Positions 63,001 to 64,000 of a stretch of DNA of 64,000 nucleotides are shown in pieces. The DNA comes from Leidyana gryllorum EB-2025a (lineage: Eukaryota > Protista > Apicomplexa), in contig JBLWGC010000177.1 of the NCBI GenBank assembly GCA_048772705.1, forward strand, positions 62,001 through 126,000. The letters run 5' to 3'. The position numbers and the translations under genes were made by a program. How positions within the stretch are numbered: position 1 is the first letter of the stretch; each line of letters begins with the position of its first letter. The notes beneath the pieces are model-generated. The model saw only the letters and a list, made by a program, of their open reading frames with translations, was not told where the DNA came from and searched no databases.

Positions 63001-64000
63001 GCGGCAGCACAGGTCCCCTCTGTCGGTGTTCAGGGCCCCGCTGCCGTAGCAGTGGGACGCGTCATTCCACAGAATCCGGTATCGTCACAGTCAAGCGGCA
63101 CTCAGTCTGGGGGAGGCCCGGCGAGGCGAGAATGCCCCCCACCGGCTGAGAAGCGTCCACCACAACAGTCTGCTCCCGTGACGATCCCTGAGATCAGGAG
63201 GGCACCACCACCAGCTCAGACACGAGAGAATCAGGGTGGTGCGCCAGGGGCCCAAGCGCAGAATGGGTCTTCCAAGTTGTCTCAGCCGAAACAGGCGCAG
63301 TTTTACCCCCTTCGGTGTCCCCAAGTGTATCCATTGGCGGAGAAGATGGGTAAGCTGGTCGGAAATGAAGAGGCACGGCTATCTGTGGTCACTCAGCAGT
63401 CAAGCCATCAGACTTGTGTCGCAAGTGGGGTCGGTGGGGGAAAGGGGAACGAGGGTGTTGGTACGCGAAAGACCAGTGCACCCGAGAAGGATAAGGGTTT
63501 GAGAAAGTCTAACAACAAGGCGCGACGAGAAGAGTCTGATGCGGAGGCCGGGGAGGTAGTTGAGAGCGAGGCCTACGGATCGGGATCTGACACTGAAGAA
63601 GATGTAAGGGTTGGGGCGCGCGAGTCGGTTGCCACGACGACGACGACTGTGAGTTCTGCTCATAACGAGGAGGAGGTCGATTGCTCGGGCAAAAGGGGTG
63701 TGCACGGGAAGGTGGAGGGGCGGAAGTTATGTATAACACGAGTGCGGCCTCGTTGCCGCGGTGAGGCTGGTAATGCTCGAACATGGAGTCCGATGTATTA
63801 CGAGGACGTGTTTCCGCCGCCCGATCCCGAGGCGCGAAAAGCATTGAATATGATGTATCCGCGGTTCAAACAGTTTCGGGACTGTTTGACAAAGGAAGTG
63901 TTGTCTCGGGAACAAGCGTTCAAAGTGTTCGCGTTCTGGCTGGAGAGTCGGTGGCTTGCGATCATTGCGAAAAACGTCCACCCACACTTCCTGATTGCGA
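60017..64000 (+). CDS. Large low-complexity (acidic, Pro/Gln-rich) protein, 3'-truncated; intron 62370-62422
   Basis: ORF 59984 splices (GTAAGC...TAG) into a frame that stays open to the window end, so the second exon is not in the ORF track. A possibly folded segment begins near 63780 (WSPMYYEDVFPPPD...). Confidence 0.6.

Overview
This is compact eukaryotic DNA, not prokaryotic. Genes are split by very short GT-AG introns (mostly 35-67 nt) and are often under 60 nt apart. Gene content and architecture suggest an alveolate, plausibly a gregarine-type apicomplexan (inference). About 24 protein-coding genes can be assembled. The first 11.3 kb is an accessory region: four tandem, same-strand, highly diverged paralogues, each with an F-box-like motif, an LRR-like segment and a shared C-terminal domain I do not recognise. 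The rest is mostly housekeeping: VPS4, a C2-domain protein, APRT, a PP1 inhibitor-2 gene absent from the ORF track, UTP4, a secreted class-3 lipase, cytoplasmic dynein heavy chain, a nucleoplasmin-like chaperone, transaldolase, guanylate kinase, CDC5L, a degenerate adenylate-kinase-like protein, an RGG protein, METTL2/6, a SUZ protein, PAP2, an FBXO1-like protein, PI-PLC, a GPI-anchored GDPD, an importin-9-like protein and a large low-complexity protein running off the right end. A ~480-nt non-coding gap at 55430-55911 has several stems and may encode a structured RNA. All exon boundaries were deduced by eye from splice signals and frame continuity; none is transcript-verified.
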